From an uncultured Holosporaceae bacterium (GTDB lineage: Bacteria > Pseudomonadota > Alphaproteobacteria > UBA3830 > CASESI01), in assembly GCA_949290705.1 (NCBI GenBank), contig CASESI010000014.1, positions 37,802 through 101,801 on the forward strand: a stretch of DNA of 64,000 nt. The letters are read 5' to 3'. The notes beneath the pieces were generated by a model. The model did no database searches and was not told the origin of the DNA. It worked only from the letters and a program-made list of their open reading frames with translations. The first letter of the stretch is position 1. Each line of letters opens with the position of its first letter. The position numbers were made by a program, and so were the translations under genes. This document shows positions 17,905 to 29,500 of this stretch, one piece after another.

Positions 17905-19549
17905 TTTTTATAAAATATTTTTCTATCAATTTTATTTCATTTTTATCTGCATATCTGCTCAATATAATTTTCGATAATTCGTAATAATCGTTGATCCATT
18001 TTATTTCCCCATCGGTAAGTAAATCTACATCAATTAATCTATCGTCAAATGGTATGTAATCTATTGTTGTAAATTTGAAAAAGTTGGAATCATTATCTTC
18101 CTCAACAAGCACTGCATTTTCTATACGGATACCTATTTTGTTTTCAATATACACACCAGGCTCATTCGACATAATCATACCTGGATATAGCACTGTACTG
18201 GATTTCGTACCAATTGAAATATACGGCTCATGCACATTTAAAAAACATCCTATCCCATGCCCAAATCCATGCTTGAAATCTAAATGTTTATTCCAAAGTG
18301 CGGATCTTGCCATAGCATTTAATTCAGATCCAGTTGTACCTCGCGGATAAACCAAGGATGCAAATGATATATGAGATTTTAAGACCATCGTGTAATAATA
18401 TTTAGCATATTCTGGGATTTTTACATCACTTAACGTAATACACCGAGTAACATCCGTAGTTCCATCTAAATATTGCGTTCCTGTATCTATCAACACCATA
18501 AAATCAATCTTATCATTCTTATTTTCTGGAGAATAATGTATACTTGCAGCATTGACTGAATTCGCAACTATACTATCAAAACTTTCATCAAAGAAATTCT
18601 TTCTGCATTTTTTTAATTCTAAAATTTTGTGTGATACATCTAACTCTCCTAATTTATGATTGCAAATTTTAATCCAATCAATCAAACGTAACCACATAAG
18701 AGATTCTCTTATATAAGCTGTCTTCATGTTCAAAATTTCCATGTCAGTTTTTATTATTTTTAGTGACATAATGATATCTTTTATTTTATGCACAGAGTTA
18801 TTTTTCGATATCAATTCTACTATTTGATAAGGAATAAATTTTGCATCAAGTCCTATTTTTAATCCTTTAATCTTCTTAATACATTCCTCAAACTGTCCAT
18901 TTAGAATATTATCTGGATAAAATTTTCTGAAATTACCATCATTAAACAATATTACAAAACCTACAGAAATAGGATAATTTTTAATTGCATTACTTCTCTC
19001 ATTGAAAACCCAAGACAAAGATTCAGAACCAAATAAATATGCATCCAAATTACTTTTACGCATATACTCCGTGACTTTTTTTAATTTCTTATCTATATCG
19101 TCTCCATACTCATCTTTAAACACTGATATATAGGAAAAATCAGCATAACTAAAAATTGAGTTTATAAAATTTGGCACAGCATTAAATCTAATATGATCAG
19201 CAAATCCTGTTATATCTGACTCTATCGCAAACATTGGATCAAATCCTACATGTACAACATTTTGCAATTTTGAAATTTCGGATTTATAGTTCCATAAAGA
19301 AATATCTACTTCCTCACTTACTTCATTTTTTACCCTTATTGCATACCTTGGATCTGTAAAAATATGCACATCATGTCTTGTTACCAAAAGGACCGCGTAA
19401 CTTCCAGAAAAATTAGATACATTCCTAATAGCATCTGTTTTTTCAAAACAAAATTCTCCTCCAAAAGGATCTCTTTTAAAAAAAATAAATCCATCCAACT
19501 TATTTTGAACTATGTACTCTCTCACACATTCTAAATAATTATTTTTCAT
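17894..19549 (-). CDS. pepP: Xaa-Pro aminopeptidase (M24B family)
   Basis: M24 metal-ligand motifs HGFGHGIGCFLNVHE, SNEPGVY and IRIENAV. Long N-terminal creatinase-like region. Confidence 0.75.
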   Translation of the reverse strand: MKNNYLECVREYIVQNKLDGFIFFKRDPFGGEFCFEKTDAIRNVSNFSGSYAVLLVTRHDVHIFTDPRYAIRVKNEVSEEVDISLWNYKSEISKLQNVVHVGFDPMFAIESDITGFADHIRFNAVPNFINSIFSYADFSYISVFKDEYGDDIDKKLKKVTEYMRKSNLDAYLFGSESLSWVFNERSNAIKNYPISVGFVILFNDGNFRKFYPDNILNGQFEECIKKIKGLKIGLDAKFIPYQIVELISKNNSVHKIKDIIMSLKIIKTDMEILNMKTAYIRESLMWLRLIDWIKICNHKLGELDVSHKILELKKCRKNFFDESFDSIVANSVNAASIHYSPENKNDKIDFMVLIDTGTQYLDGTTDVTRCITLSDVKIPEYAKYYYTMVLKSHISFASLVYPRGTTGSELNAMARSALWNKHLDFKHGFGHGIGCFLNVHEPYISIGTKSSTVLYPGMIMSNEPGVYIENKIGIRIENAVLVEEDNDSNFFKFTTIDYIPFDDRLIDVDLLTDGEIKWINDYYELSKIILSRYADKNEIKLIEKYFIKISR

Positions 19550-19611
19550 AACCTAATTATACCAAGTAGTTAATAGATTTTTGATATTTTATATTATATA
19601 ATCCTAACACT

Positions 19612-21006
19612 ATGTTTTTGAAAAATTCCCTATCTGGAAAATTAGAAGAATTTATTCCAATTAACTCAGAAGATGTTCGTATGTATGTTTGTGGACCGAC
19701 AATTTATAACAGCCCTCATATAGGAAATACAAGGTCTATTATTGTCTTTGATTTACTGTATAGAATTTTAAAATTCTTGTATCCAAAAGTTACTTATGTA
19801 CGCAATATTACAGATGTAGACGACAAAATTATAAAAAAAGCAAAAGAATTACACGAATCAATTGATAATCTCACATCAAGGGTTTTAAGAGATTTCAACA
19901 ATGACATTGAAATGCTTGATATATTGCACCCAACTTTTGAACCTAAGGCAACTGAACATATAAAAGACATGATTGATATGATTCAGATTCTAATTGCAAA
20001 AAGATATGCATATGTTGCCAATGATCATGTACTTTTTAGGATAGAAAAGGATTTTGATTATGGGTGTTTATCAAAAAGAAAGTTACAAGATATGATTCCT
20101 GGCAAAAGAATCGATCCTGCACCTTATAAAGAAAATCCACTGGACTTTGTACTGTGGAAACCTTCTTCAAATAATGTCGGCTGGGACAGCCCGTGGGGAT
20201 TTGGTAGACCTGGATGGCATATAGAATGTTCTGCAATGAGTAATAAATATCTTGGATCCCACTTTGATATTCACGGTGGAGGGCAAGATTTAATTTTTCC
20301 GCATCATGAAAACGAAATTGCTCAAACAAGAGGATTTTCCGGTTGTAATGTCATGGCTAATTATTGGATACATAATGGAATGTTGACAATAAATGGACTT
20401 AAAATGTCAAAATCTAAGGGCAATGTATTTTACCTAAAGGATGTGTTACAGAAGTACTCTCCAGCTGTCATCAGATACTTCTTTTATGCATCACATTATT
20501 CAAAACAATGTAATTGGTCTGATGAAAATCTTAGATCTGCAGAAAATAACATACGAAATCTCTCAATTGCAATTGACGGCATAGATGAGATAAAGCAAAC
20601 GATTACCGAAAATTTTGATAAAGTAAAAGAAATTGTTAAAAATAGAAATGAATTCATTGATAAGGAGTTTTTATCAGCACTTGAAAACGATATGAATACT
20701 CCACTTGCACTAAATAGATTGAATGAACTTTCAAAAATGATTCTAAAAGAAACATCTCAAAATAAAAAATTTGAATTAAAATATATCCTTTACCAAAGTG
20801 CTGAATTGATAGGTATTCGTTTACAACAAAATCAAGTATCAACATCATTATCAGAGAACGAAATTAATACACTGATTGAACAAAGAAAAATTGCTAAACA
20901 AAACAAAAATTTTAAACTCGCAGATGATATAAGAAATACTCTTCTTGCTCAAAATATTATCTTAGAAGATTCAAAAAACGGAACAACGTGGAAATTTAAA
21001 TCATAA
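19612..21006 (+). CDS. cysS: cysteine--tRNA ligase
   Basis: Class I signatures PHIGN (HIGH) and KMSKSKGN (KMSKS), plus the WHIECS zinc-site motif. Confidence 0.9.
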   Translation: MFLKNSLSGKLEEFIPINSEDVRMYVCGPTIYNSPHIGNTRSIIVFDLLYRILKFLYPKVTYVRNITDVDDKIIKKAKELHESIDNLTSRVLRDFNNDIEMLDILHPTFEPKATEHIKDMIDMIQILIAKRYAYVANDHVLFRIEKDFDYGCLSKRKLQDMIPGKRIDPAPYKENPLDFVLWKPSSNNVGWDSPWGFGRPGWHIECSAMSNKYLGSHFDIHGGGQDLIFPHHENEIAQTRGFSGCNVMANYWIHNGMLTINGLKMSKSKGNVFYLKDVLQKYSPAVIRYFFYASHYSKQCNWSDENLRSAENNIRNLSIAIDGIDEIKQTITENFDKVKEIVKNRNEFIDKEFLSALENDMNTPLALNRLNELSKMILKETSQNKKFELKYILYQSAELIGIRLQQNQVSTSLSENEINTLIEQRKIAKQNKNFKLADDIRNTLLAQNIILEDSKNGTTWKFKS

Positions 21007-21140
21007 TCATCTTTTATAGATATTTATATAATTAATTTTAATTTTTCTTTTTTATTTTCAAAATTTTTTTCAATAAATAACTAAATTTTAACTTCATTCT
21101 AATATATTAAACCTAATCGATAAAACACGGAGGTTGTCAC

Positions 21141-22493
21141 ATGAATAAATTTTTACAAATTATGATGATTTCTGCAAGTATATGCATGATTTCATCACTC
21201 AACGCAAGAACAAAACCTAGCGTTGCAACATACGGATTATTGCAAGCAACAGGGATGTTTGGCAAACAAGATCTAGACTTTAATAAAAAATGTAAAATGT
21301 TCTCAGTGCTAGGATCATATGTAATAAAAGCAGCAGCACATAATGGACGAGCAAGAACAACATTTTCTGCAAATTTTGATTTATCAGCTGATATGAGCAC
21401 AGCTGTACAAGGATTACCGATATATAACTCAGTATATGTTTCTGCAACAGGTCCATTCGGTAACGTAAAAATTGGAAACATGTTCACAGCAGCTATGTCC
21501 AATTACATTGATGGATCATCCTTAATGGGGGGAGACAGTGGAATATTTGGTGTAGGGCTTATGAACATGCATAACCCAGCTGTTTATGCATCCGTTACAA
21601 CAGGTGTATTTTATGATCCTGGATACGCATCTTCCATCTCATACGAATCCCCAAATATGAGTGGATTACACTTCGCAATATCTTATACACCTAACTCTCA
21701 ATCTATGGGTCTTCTTCCTGCAAATGACGAGGTTTCAAGGCATGATTACGATGGTGTCTCAACTGAAGCTCCACAATGTACAGATAAAACTCTACATCCA
21801 TGCAATGCATTAGTCCCTAGTACATGTATGATACATCCAGAAGCTAATTCGTGCACAACTGATCACTATATTAAAGGTATTGATTTAATGGCATACGGAT
21901 CAGGCGGCTTCACAACAGACGTTGTAACAGCAGCTTTGTGGTACGATGGAGGAGTTCCTCACCATTGGAATTACTCTGTTGCTGTTGCATATTGGGGAGG
22001 AAAGTCAAATTTCTGTAACAAATATTCTGATCATGACTTTAAAATCAGGAATTTAAGCGCATATTCCGTTGGATTTAAAATAGGATATAAACATATCAAA
22101 TTTGGAGCAGGATACGTTGATGAAGGTAAGTCATGCCTACCTAAAGAACACGATAATACAGAATATGAATTCGTAGATGGCGCAAATGCAGGAAAAAAAT
22201 ATACAGCTGTCCTTTCGTACATTTTAAATAGAAATATGAAACTATCAATAGGTGGTATGTATGCAACACGCAAAATGTCGGAAAACAAACAAGATAAAGT
22301 ATCTACTAAAGCTGGCTCTGTTGCCCTTGATTATAATATAACAAACGGTGTATCTGTATATTGCGGAATCAACCATGCAAAAACATCGACCTGCGAACGT
22401 GCAAAAAATATAGCAACAGCCTCAGGCGCATGCGCCCCATTTGACGATAACAAAATTACATATGTTACATTTGGATCAAAAGTGAGTTTTTAA
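21141..22493 (+). CDS. outer-membrane porin (beta-barrel)
   Basis: Signal peptide MNKFLQIMMISASICMISSLNA, alternating beta-strand-like pattern, Gly/Tyr-rich, C-terminal ...TFGSKVSF ending in Phe. GGAGG Shine-Dalgarno upstream. Confidence 0.6.
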   Translation: MNKFLQIMMISASICMISSLNARTKPSVATYGLLQATGMFGKQDLDFNKKCKMFSVLGSYVIKAAAHNGRARTTFSANFDLSADMSTAVQGLPIYNSVYVSATGPFGNVKIGNMFTAAMSNYIDGSSLMGGDSGIFGVGLMNMHNPAVYASVTTGVFYDPGYASSISYESPNMSGLHFAISYTPNSQSMGLLPANDEVSRHDYDGVSTEAPQCTDKTLHPCNALVPSTCMIHPEANSCTTDHYIKGIDLMAYGSGGFTTDVVTAALWYDGGVPHHWNYSVAVAYWGGKSNFCNKYSDHDFKIRNLSAYSVGFKIGYKHIKFGAGYVDEGKSCLPKEHDNTEYEFVDGANAGKKYTAVLSYILNRNMKLSIGGMYATRKMSENKQDKVSTKAGSVALDYNITNGVSVYCGINHAKTSTCERAKNIATASGACAPFDDNKITYVTFGSKVSF

Positions 22494-23770
22494 TCCTCAT
22501 TTTGATCCTTAGAATTACCAACATCCTCTGTTTTAAATAATCTTAAAGAAACTATCATGTTTCTTTTCCTTTTCAATATTTCTGCCGAAACATCTGATTT
22601 GATTTTTACAATATCACCTTTCTTAGGTATTTTACGTTCTTGGTATATTATAAGTCCCCCTATCGTTGTTGCGTCTTCCTCTATTTCTAAATCAAACTCC
22701 CTATTAATATCACGAATAGGTACACTTCCATCTACGATTACGCTGCCATCTTTTTGTTTTTCAATATCTTTTGATACTTCATCATTTTCATCCAATATTT
22801 CCCCAACTATTTCTTCTAAAATATCTTCCAACGTTAAAATCCCAGTGATGGCCCCATATTCATCAACGGATAACGCAAAATGCTCTCTTTTATTTTTGAA
22901 TGCCTGCAATTGTGTAATTACTTTCGTAGTTTCTGGAATAAACCATGGTTTTAGTAAGATTGTGCTTATATCAAATTTCTTATTTTTTGCATACGCTTTG
23001 AAAAAAATTTTTGAATGTAATATACCTATAATATTTTCAGGCGTCTGAAACCAAACAGGAACACGCGTATACTTACTTTGTAACAACTCCTCATTAATTT
23101 TATCAAGTGTCAAAGATGAATTAATCTTAAATATTTTCTGTCTAGGTGTTATGATCTGACTAACCTCAAGGTCATTTAAATCAAGAATACTATTCAACAT
23201 TACCTTTTCATGTTTTGATTTCGTTTGAGCAGTATGTATATCAATAACCCCTCTTACCTCCTCATCTGATATAGTTTTTGAAATATTTGATTGGTGCTTA
23301 ATCTTTAAAATTCTCAATGTAAAATGTGCGACACTTTCTAACAACGCAACAACCCTTCTTAGTATAAACAATACGATCCTTAAAAATTTGGCAATTTTTA
23401 GTAAAAAAGACTCAGGATAACTAACAGCTAAAATTTTAGGAAGTATCTCCGTATACGTAATAAAAAATAAACTTGTCACCGCTGTTAGTAAAAGCAATGT
23501 AGATTCCCCAAACAAATTTATTATTAACCAAGACATAATCGTTGAAATAAAACAATTAATTAATTGGTTAGCTACCACTATCGTACTTATCGTAGAAAAA
23601 TTCTGCTTTAAATCCTTGACAATATCTGCATTTTTAGTTTTCTGCTTTACAAGCATGTGTATTCTTGCATCAGAAGACCCAGTTAATGCTGTCTCAGCAC
23701 CTGAAAACAGCGCCGCTATAAACGCAAGAAAAATTATACTTATAAATGCAATATAATATAGGGTATCCAT
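22490..23770 (-). CDS. tlyC: HlyC/CorC-family (DUF21-CBS-CorC_HlyC) membrane protein, TlyC-like
   Basis: N-terminal multi-TM DUF21-like region, a CBS pair region, and C-terminal EYGAITGILTLEDILEEIVGEI. Confidence 0.8.
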   Translation of the reverse strand: MDTLYYIAFISIIFLAFIAALFSGAETALTGSSDARIHMLVKQKTKNADIVKDLKQNFSTISTIVVANQLINCFISTIMSWLIINLFGESTLLLLTAVTSLFFITYTEILPKILAVSYPESFLLKIAKFLRIVLFILRRVVALLESVAHFTLRILKIKHQSNISKTISDEEVRGVIDIHTAQTKSKHEKVMLNSILDLNDLEVSQIITPRQKIFKINSSLTLDKINEELLQSKYTRVPVWFQTPENIIGILHSKIFFKAYAKNKKFDISTILLKPWFIPETTKVITQLQAFKNKREHFALSVDEYGAITGILTLEDILEEIVGEILDENDEVSKDIEKQKDGSVIVDGSVPIRDINREFDLEIEEDATTIGGLIIYQERKIPKKGDIVKIKSDVSAEILKRKRNMIVSLRLFKTEDVGNSKDQNED

Positions 23771-23800
23771 AAAAAAATTCTCAGAATATAATATAATTAT

Positions 23801-25087
23801 TTAATGTAAAACACAAATTAATACTAATGATAGTAAATTAATAAACAAAATTATTGGCGTCATTAACGCCCAATGGTAATGTATACTGCCATTTTTGATA
23901 TTAAGAAATTTTGCAACCATCACAATCATAAAAGACAAAATCACATTACAAAATGTACTTAATGATGTTAATATTCCTCCAGAAACACCTTCTATAGATG
24001 TTACTACTCCTAGAACAATAATTGAAATTATAACGGCATTCGTGCAGACAGATCCCAATGGCTTTACAAGAACTTCCAATGAAAAATCTGAAGCTTTTAA
24101 ATTACTCAAAATTGTATACCAAGTATAAGCAAATGATAGCGGTACAATCGCTATGAATGGAAGTAAACTCCGATTATCAACTTTATTTGTAAAGGAATAC
24201 ACAAAATATATTATACATGCACTCACACATGCTAACAAATTCATTGGAAAATATTTAACACTATTTTCTATAAATGTTAACGTTTCAGTATTATCATTAC
24301 GCTTCAATAACCTCTTTTGAGCTTTAGTTAAAACATCAACAGCCGAAATAGTCCCTATTAATTTATTTTTAGAATCTAAAATAACGACAAAATCAAGATT
24401 ATTATCTGAAATTTTTTGCACCAAGTTTGCAACTCCACAATTCTCTATATTAGCACTTGCTATGTTATAATTTACAATATCGTTTAGAGTGGAATCGTCT
24501 TTAGCCACCAACAGCTCAGAAATCACAACGTATCCAATAATTTCCAATTTTTCATTCGCAACTAAAATTTTATAATTGCAATTGTAATATCTTGAGTCTT
24601 TAGCAATTAGCTCTTTCGCCCTCTTCACTGTCCAAAAAAGTGGAACAACAAGATAATTCAAAGAGATAATATCCCCTATCTCAAAATTAATATATTTTTT
24701 CTTGATATGTATTGCTCCAGCATCTTTTACCATTATAAGAGACAATATTCTTTTCTGAGTTTCATGTGAAAGGCAAGTATAAATACTGAACAACTCATCA
24801 TACGATAATTTATTCAGCATTTTTTTCAAATTTTCATTTGATATAGCATTAAAAAGATCATTTTGTAAATCTGAACTAAAATTTCGAAATAAATTATATT
24901 TAATGAAATGAGGAAAAATATTTACAAGATGTTGTAACTTTTCAAATGATAATTTTTGTATCACAATTCCAAGCTCTTTTGAATCCAAAGAATTAATCAA
25001 CTCACTTAATTTATCATAATTATTAGTTTCCAAAAATCCTTCCAAAGACTGACGCACATTATGGTACTTTAACAAATTAGACAACAT
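23801..25087 (-). CDS. mgtE: magnesium transporter MgtE
   Basis: Soluble N-domain, CBS-like middle and a C-terminal 5-TM block, which is the typical MgtE architecture. Confidence 0.7.
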   Translation of the reverse strand: MLSNLLKYHNVRQSLEGFLETNNYDKLSELINSLDSKELGIVIQKLSFEKLQHLVNIFPHFIKYNLFRNFSSDLQNDLFNAISNENLKKMLNKLSYDELFSIYTCLSHETQKRILSLIMVKDAGAIHIKKKYINFEIGDIISLNYLVVPLFWTVKRAKELIAKDSRYYNCNYKILVANEKLEIIGYVVISELLVAKDDSTLNDIVNYNIASANIENCGVANLVQKISDNNLDFVVILDSKNKLIGTISAVDVLTKAQKRLLKRNDNTETLTFIENSVKYFPMNLLACVSACIIYFVYSFTNKVDNRSLLPFIAIVPLSFAYTWYTILSNLKASDFSLEVLVKPLGSVCTNAVIISIIVLGVVTSIEGVSGGILTSLSTFCNVILSFMIVMVAKFLNIKNGSIHYHWALMTPIILFINLLSLVLICVLH

Positions 25088-25153
25088 AAATATTATATTA
25101 ACAAATAACTACTTCCATAACTATCATTTTCCTATTATAATGGTTAAAAAGTT

Positions 25154-25768
25154 ATGAACAATTCGCTTAAAGGTTATACCATTCAGAGGCGTGGCCGTAT
25201 ATTCGTGATTTCAGCGCCATCGGGAACTGGGAAGACATCTATAATAAATGAAATATTAAAATTAAAGAAGAATATAGTATTATCTGTTTCATATACCACA
25301 AGAGAGAAACGCCATTCTGAAGTTCATGGAAAAGATTATGTGTTTACCTCAAAGGAGAATTTTGAAAAACTGATAGATGATAACTTTTTTATAGAGTACG
25401 CAAATATATATGGAAATTACTATGGTATTCCGCAAATTGATACAAACAATGTATTATCTTCTGGAGTGAATGCTATATTCATAGTTGATTATCATGGATT
25501 TAAAGTATTAAAAGGCATTTATAAAAGTGATGTTGTGGGAATATACATCCTTCCTCCTTCTGTCAATGAATTAGCTACGAGATTGCAAGTGCGTGCGTCT
25601 GATAACAATATTAATGAAAGAATAAACGATTTCAGCAATCAGCTAAGAGTGGTATCTAAGTATGATTATTTGATAATTAACGATAATTTAACCTCTGCAG
25701 TGGATAATTTAATAGCGATAATTGATGCTGAGCAGTTGTCCATGAAGAACTCTATTTTTACATATTAA
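25154..25768 (+). CDS. gmk: guanylate kinase
   Basis: P-loop ISAPSGTGKTSI, a YTTREKR motif, 204 aa. Confidence 0.85.
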   Translation: MNNSLKGYTIQRRGRIFVISAPSGTGKTSIINEILKLKKNIVLSVSYTTREKRHSEVHGKDYVFTSKENFEKLIDDNFFIEYANIYGNYYGIPQIDTNNVLSSGVNAIFIVDYHGFKVLKGIYKSDVVGIYILPPSVNELATRLQVRASDNNINERINDFSNQLRVVSKYDYLIINDNLTSAVDNLIAIIDAEQLSMKNSIFTY

Positions 25769-25772
25769 ACTT

Positions 25773-26708
25773 ATGAAAAATTTATTCAAAACTATTACTC
25801 TTTCAAATAATATGAGAGGTATTGTAATAATGTCTCTCGGACTATTATGCTCTATATGTGCTGATTTTTTTGTTAAAACGTTGGTATTGATTTACCCCGT
25901 TTCTGAGATCACATTTTTAAGATCTCTAACTCGCGTAATAGTTGTTGGAACGATAATTTTATCCACTAATAGAAAAATGTTTAAATCATCGCATTACGGC
26001 ACTCATTTACTAAGAGCTGTTTTCAGTGTGTTAACCACTATATCATTTTTCTACGCATATCAATACAACAGCTTTACTGAAATTTACACAATAAGTTATT
26101 CTTCTGTCATGTTTAATATAATTTTTTCTGTACTAATTTTGAAAGAGAAAATATCTAATAAATTTTTCATAGCTGTAATGTGTGGAATTACGGGAATATT
26201 TTTCGCTATGAAACCAGATGCGAGTAAAGTGTTCCAAATTTTTTCACTGTTACCTCTATGTGGTGCTATCTTGGCTGCATTAAATCGGGTATTTGTTAAA
26301 AAATTAACTTTTAATGATCATCCTTTTACAATTGCGTTATATTCAAGCATTGTAACTGTCTCCATAATGCCGTTTTTGGGAATGTACAAAGGAGAAGTGT
26401 GGACATTAATAACGGACCATAAACACTTAGTATACCTTGCCTTTATGGGGGGGCTTTCTGTGCTTTCTCAATTTCTGATTATCAATGCCGTCAAACATTC
26501 CAAAAACGCATTCCTAGCACCTTGTGATTATTTCACTTTCATATTTGTTGCTATTGCAGACAATATTATATGGGGATACAGTATCACAGCTGATGTTTTT
26601 ATCGGAGCAATGTTTATCATAGTAGGAAATTCATACATAATATTTAATGATTACAAACGTAAAAAAATGGTACGGACAAATCGAGAAGAAGAACCTGAAT
26701 TAATATAG
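25773..26708 (+). CDS. EamA/DMT-family transporter
   Basis: About 10 predicted TM helices in two similar halves, as is typical for EamA. Substrate not inferable. Confidence 0.6.
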   Translation: MKNLFKTITLSNNMRGIVIMSLGLLCSICADFFVKTLVLIYPVSEITFLRSLTRVIVVGTIILSTNRKMFKSSHYGTHLLRAVFSVLTTISFFYAYQYNSFTEIYTISYSSVMFNIIFSVLILKEKISNKFFIAVMCGITGIFFAMKPDASKVFQIFSLLPLCGAILAALNRVFVKKLTFNDHPFTIALYSSIVTVSIMPFLGMYKGEVWTLITDHKHLVYLAFMGGLSVLSQFLIINAVKHSKNAFLAPCDYFTFIFVAIADNIIWGYSITADVFIGAMFIIVGNSYIIFNDYKRKKMVRTNREEEPELI

Positions 26709-26717
26709 TATTGTTTT

Positions 26718-27464
26718 TTATAATTGAGATGATAATATAAAACTCTTAACTAACTCATCGTCAGACGTTTTGAATTCTGACTTCGTTCCATACCAACATA
26801 TCTTCCCATCTTTTAAAACAGCAATTTTATCTGAGATATAGTTTGCCGCATTTATATCGTGCGTAATTGTCATAGAGGTAATTTTAAGATCTTTAACAAC
26901 ATTTTTAATCAACTTTATTATCATAGCTCCAGTTATTGGATCAAGCCCTGATGTCGGTTCATCAAACAATATTATTTCCGGTTTTTGAATAATTGCTCTA
27001 GCAAGCGCAGCACGTTTTTGCATCCCTCCAGACAACTCAGAAGGATAAAGAGACATAACCGCCTTATTAAGCCCCACTCTTTCCAATGTTTTTTCTGCTT
27101 CTCTGTATGCAATATTACGATCTATACCTTTTTCAATTAGTTTAAATATAATATTATCAGCAATTGTCATAGAATCGAAAAGTGCTGAGTTCTGAAACAA
27201 CATACTGAACTTCGAAATATACTCACAATGCATACTTACATCATTGACACTGATTCCTGAAACTTTAATATCGCCTTTATCTATAGGAATTAGCCCTAAT
27301 ATGGTTTTAAAAAGCACTGATTTCCCTTCACCAGATTTTCCAAGAATCACTAATGACTCATTATCATTAACGGTAACATTAATACCATTAAGGATAGCTT
27401 TATTCTTAAATGACTTGTATACATTTTTAATTTCTAGCATATCACCTCTACAACTCTCTTTCAC
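26718..27464 (-). CDS. mlaF: ABC transporter ATP-binding protein, MlaF-like
   Basis: Walker A GKSGEGKS, signature LSGGMQKRAALARA, Walker B ILFDEPTSGLD. Immediately downstream of the MlaE-like permease. Confidence 0.8.
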   Translation of the reverse strand: MKESCRGDMLEIKNVYKSFKNKAILNGINVTVNDNESLVILGKSGEGKSVLFKTILGLIPIDKGDIKVSGISVNDVSMHCEYISKFSMLFQNSALFDSMTIADNIIFKLIEKGIDRNIAYREAEKTLERVGLNKAVMSLYPSELSGGMQKRAALARAIIQKPEIILFDEPTSGLDPITGAMIIKLIKNVVKDLKITSMTITHDINAANYISDKIAVLKDGKICWYGTKSEFKTSDDELVKSFILSSQL

Positions 27465-27468
27465 ACAC

Positions 27469-28296
27469 TTAAAAGAATACCCATGTTAATAAATAATTTA
27501 AAACTAATACTGTGATACATGATGCAACAACTGATTTTGTAGTAGCATTACCGACAGCCTTTGATCCAATAGTGGCAGAAAGACCGTAATAACACCCAAA
27601 AAGAGTAGTAGCAACACCGAATGACAATGTCTTGACTAGACCAACCAACAAATCAAAATTTGTTAAATAATTCATAATATTGTCTAACAAAATCATTTTT
27701 GAAAGATCCAAAGATCCGACAGATACCCAAACTCCCCCTAAGACACCTAAACTGTCAGCAATAAAAATTAAAACCGGCATAGCAAGGACCGCACCTAGAA
27801 CACGTGGTGCAACCAAAAACCTAAAAACATTGACATTCATTGTCTTTAATGCGTCCACTTGTTCCGTTACAACCATAGTACCAAGCTCAGCAGCAATCGA
27901 GGAACTTACTCTACCAGCAAACATTAACCCTGTCATAACAGGCCCTAATTCTCTTGCTATACCTATTGCTAAAACCTTTGCAATACTTGATTCATCAGCT
28001 AAATCCGCAAACCCTGAATAAGTCTGTAATGCTAAAACCATACCACTAAACACTGCCGTCATAGCTATGACAGGTATTGAAAAAAAGCCTATCGAAAAGA
28101 ATTGATGATAAACCTCTCTGACATACCACTTACAAAATAGTGCTTTAACAGAATTAAAAAAAAATACAGCTAAATTTCCAACAAAAGTGCACACCCCAAG
28201 AAAAGATACACCAATTAAATTCACAAATCTCAACATAAAACTTTTCTCTGATATATCAATAACCTGTTTTAATACTCTCAATTTTTCCATCTTCAT
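27469..28296 (-). CDS. mlaE: ABC transporter permease, MlaE-like
   Basis: RELGPVMTGLMFAGRVSSSIAAELGTMVVTEQVDALKTMNVN matches the conserved MlaE/YrbE core. Confidence 0.8.
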   Translation of the reverse strand: MKMEKLRVLKQVIDISEKSFMLRFVNLIGVSFLGVCTFVGNLAVFFFNSVKALFCKWYVREVYHQFFSIGFFSIPVIAMTAVFSGMVLALQTYSGFADLADESSIAKVLAIGIARELGPVMTGLMFAGRVSSSIAAELGTMVVTEQVDALKTMNVNVFRFLVAPRVLGAVLAMPVLIFIADSLGVLGGVWVSVGSLDLSKMILLDNIMNYLTNFDLLVGLVKTLSFGVATTLFGCYYGLSATIGSKAVGNATTKSVVASCITVLVLNYLLTWVFF

Positions 28297-29422
28297 GAAA
28301 ATAAATTTTATTTTTCATTGTACTAAAAAAATGGTTAACTAATTCTAACGATCCAACATTAATAGTTGCAGCCATTTGATTTAACGAAATACCATCACCA
28401 ATTACCGTTACTATATCTCCTTCATGGACATTATTTATTTCAGAAATATCGCACATAGTGTATTCCATTGAAACTCCACCAATAACTTTAGCTTTTCTTC
28501 CGTTAATTATGAACCAAGATCTATCTTTACACAGAGTGTGATATCCCTCCGAATACCCTATTCCTATCACTGCAATTTTTCCATCTTTTGGAACTATATA
28601 CGATGCTCCATAACCAACAGCCTCACCTTTCACAACATTTTTCACTTGTAAAACTCTAGAATAGATGGAAAATACCGGTTCAAGACCAATATCGCTATAA
28701 ATTTGATTATTTAATAGTGAGTCTGTCTCTCCATAAATCAAACGGCCAACTCTAACCATATCAAATTGCATTGGTCTGTCAAAAAATATACTGTAAGAAT
28801 TACCAAATGTTACTGGAATTCCAGGAAAGGTATCAGAAATTTGCTTCATGTTATTATATTGAAATTCATTAAAATCACTATTCAGGTAATTTGCTGAACT
28901 CATATGACTCATAATATATTTTACATCTAAAAATTTCAGTGGATTTAAAGACAGTAATTTAGTAATTTCGTATGGCTTGATACCAAATCTATTCATCCCT
29001 GTATCAAATTTTAAAACACAAGGAAGTTTCTTCTCACTCTTAACAGAACAATCAATCCAACTTTTAACTTCATTCAAAGTACGCAAAACAGGAATATATC
29101 CACGTTCAATAATCGTCTCAAAGTTCTGATTAACGGCAGGAGACAAAATAAAAATATTTACATCATTAATACATAGTTCTAAAGCTATATCCCTTATTAA
29201 ATTAGCCTCTGAAAGGTAAGTAACAAAAATATTTCTACAACCTTCCTGCATTATGACAGGAGCTATATGTTTAATACCGAAGCCATAAGCATTAGACTTC
29301 AATACACTCGCAACTTTCACATCCTTACTTATATGCTTTAAAATCTGTCTGTAATTATTCCTCACTTTAGTAAGATCAACTTTCAAAAACGAATTACTCA
29401 CTGCCAAATCAATGTCCAACAT
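28256..29422 (-). CDS. alr: alanine racemase
   Basis: PLP-lysine motif ASVLKSNAYGFG and a C-terminal YGAS...GYSEGY pattern. Confidence 0.75.
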   Translation of the reverse strand: MLDIDLAVSNSFLKVDLTKVRNNYRQILKHISKDVKVASVLKSNAYGFGIKHIAPVIMQEGCRNIFVTYLSEANLIRDIALELCINDVNIFILSPAVNQNFETIIERGYIPVLRTLNEVKSWIDCSVKSEKKLPCVLKFDTGMNRFGIKPYEITKLLSLNPLKFLDVKYIMSHMSSANYLNSDFNEFQYNNMKQISDTFPGIPVTFGNSYSIFFDRPMQFDMVRVGRLIYGETDSLLNNQIYSDIGLEPVFSIYSRVLQVKNVVKGEAVGYGASYIVPKDGKIAVIGIGYSEGYHTLCKDRSWFIINGRKAKVIGGVSMEYTMCDISEINNVHEGDIVTVIGDGISLNQMAATINVGSLELVNHFFSTMKNKIYFHEDGKIESIKTGY

Positions 29423-29500
29423 TTTAATTTGCCTTTTAATATTTTTTTAAACCAAATGTCTTATTATATAAAATGGAACATTGATAAAAAAGGATTTTTT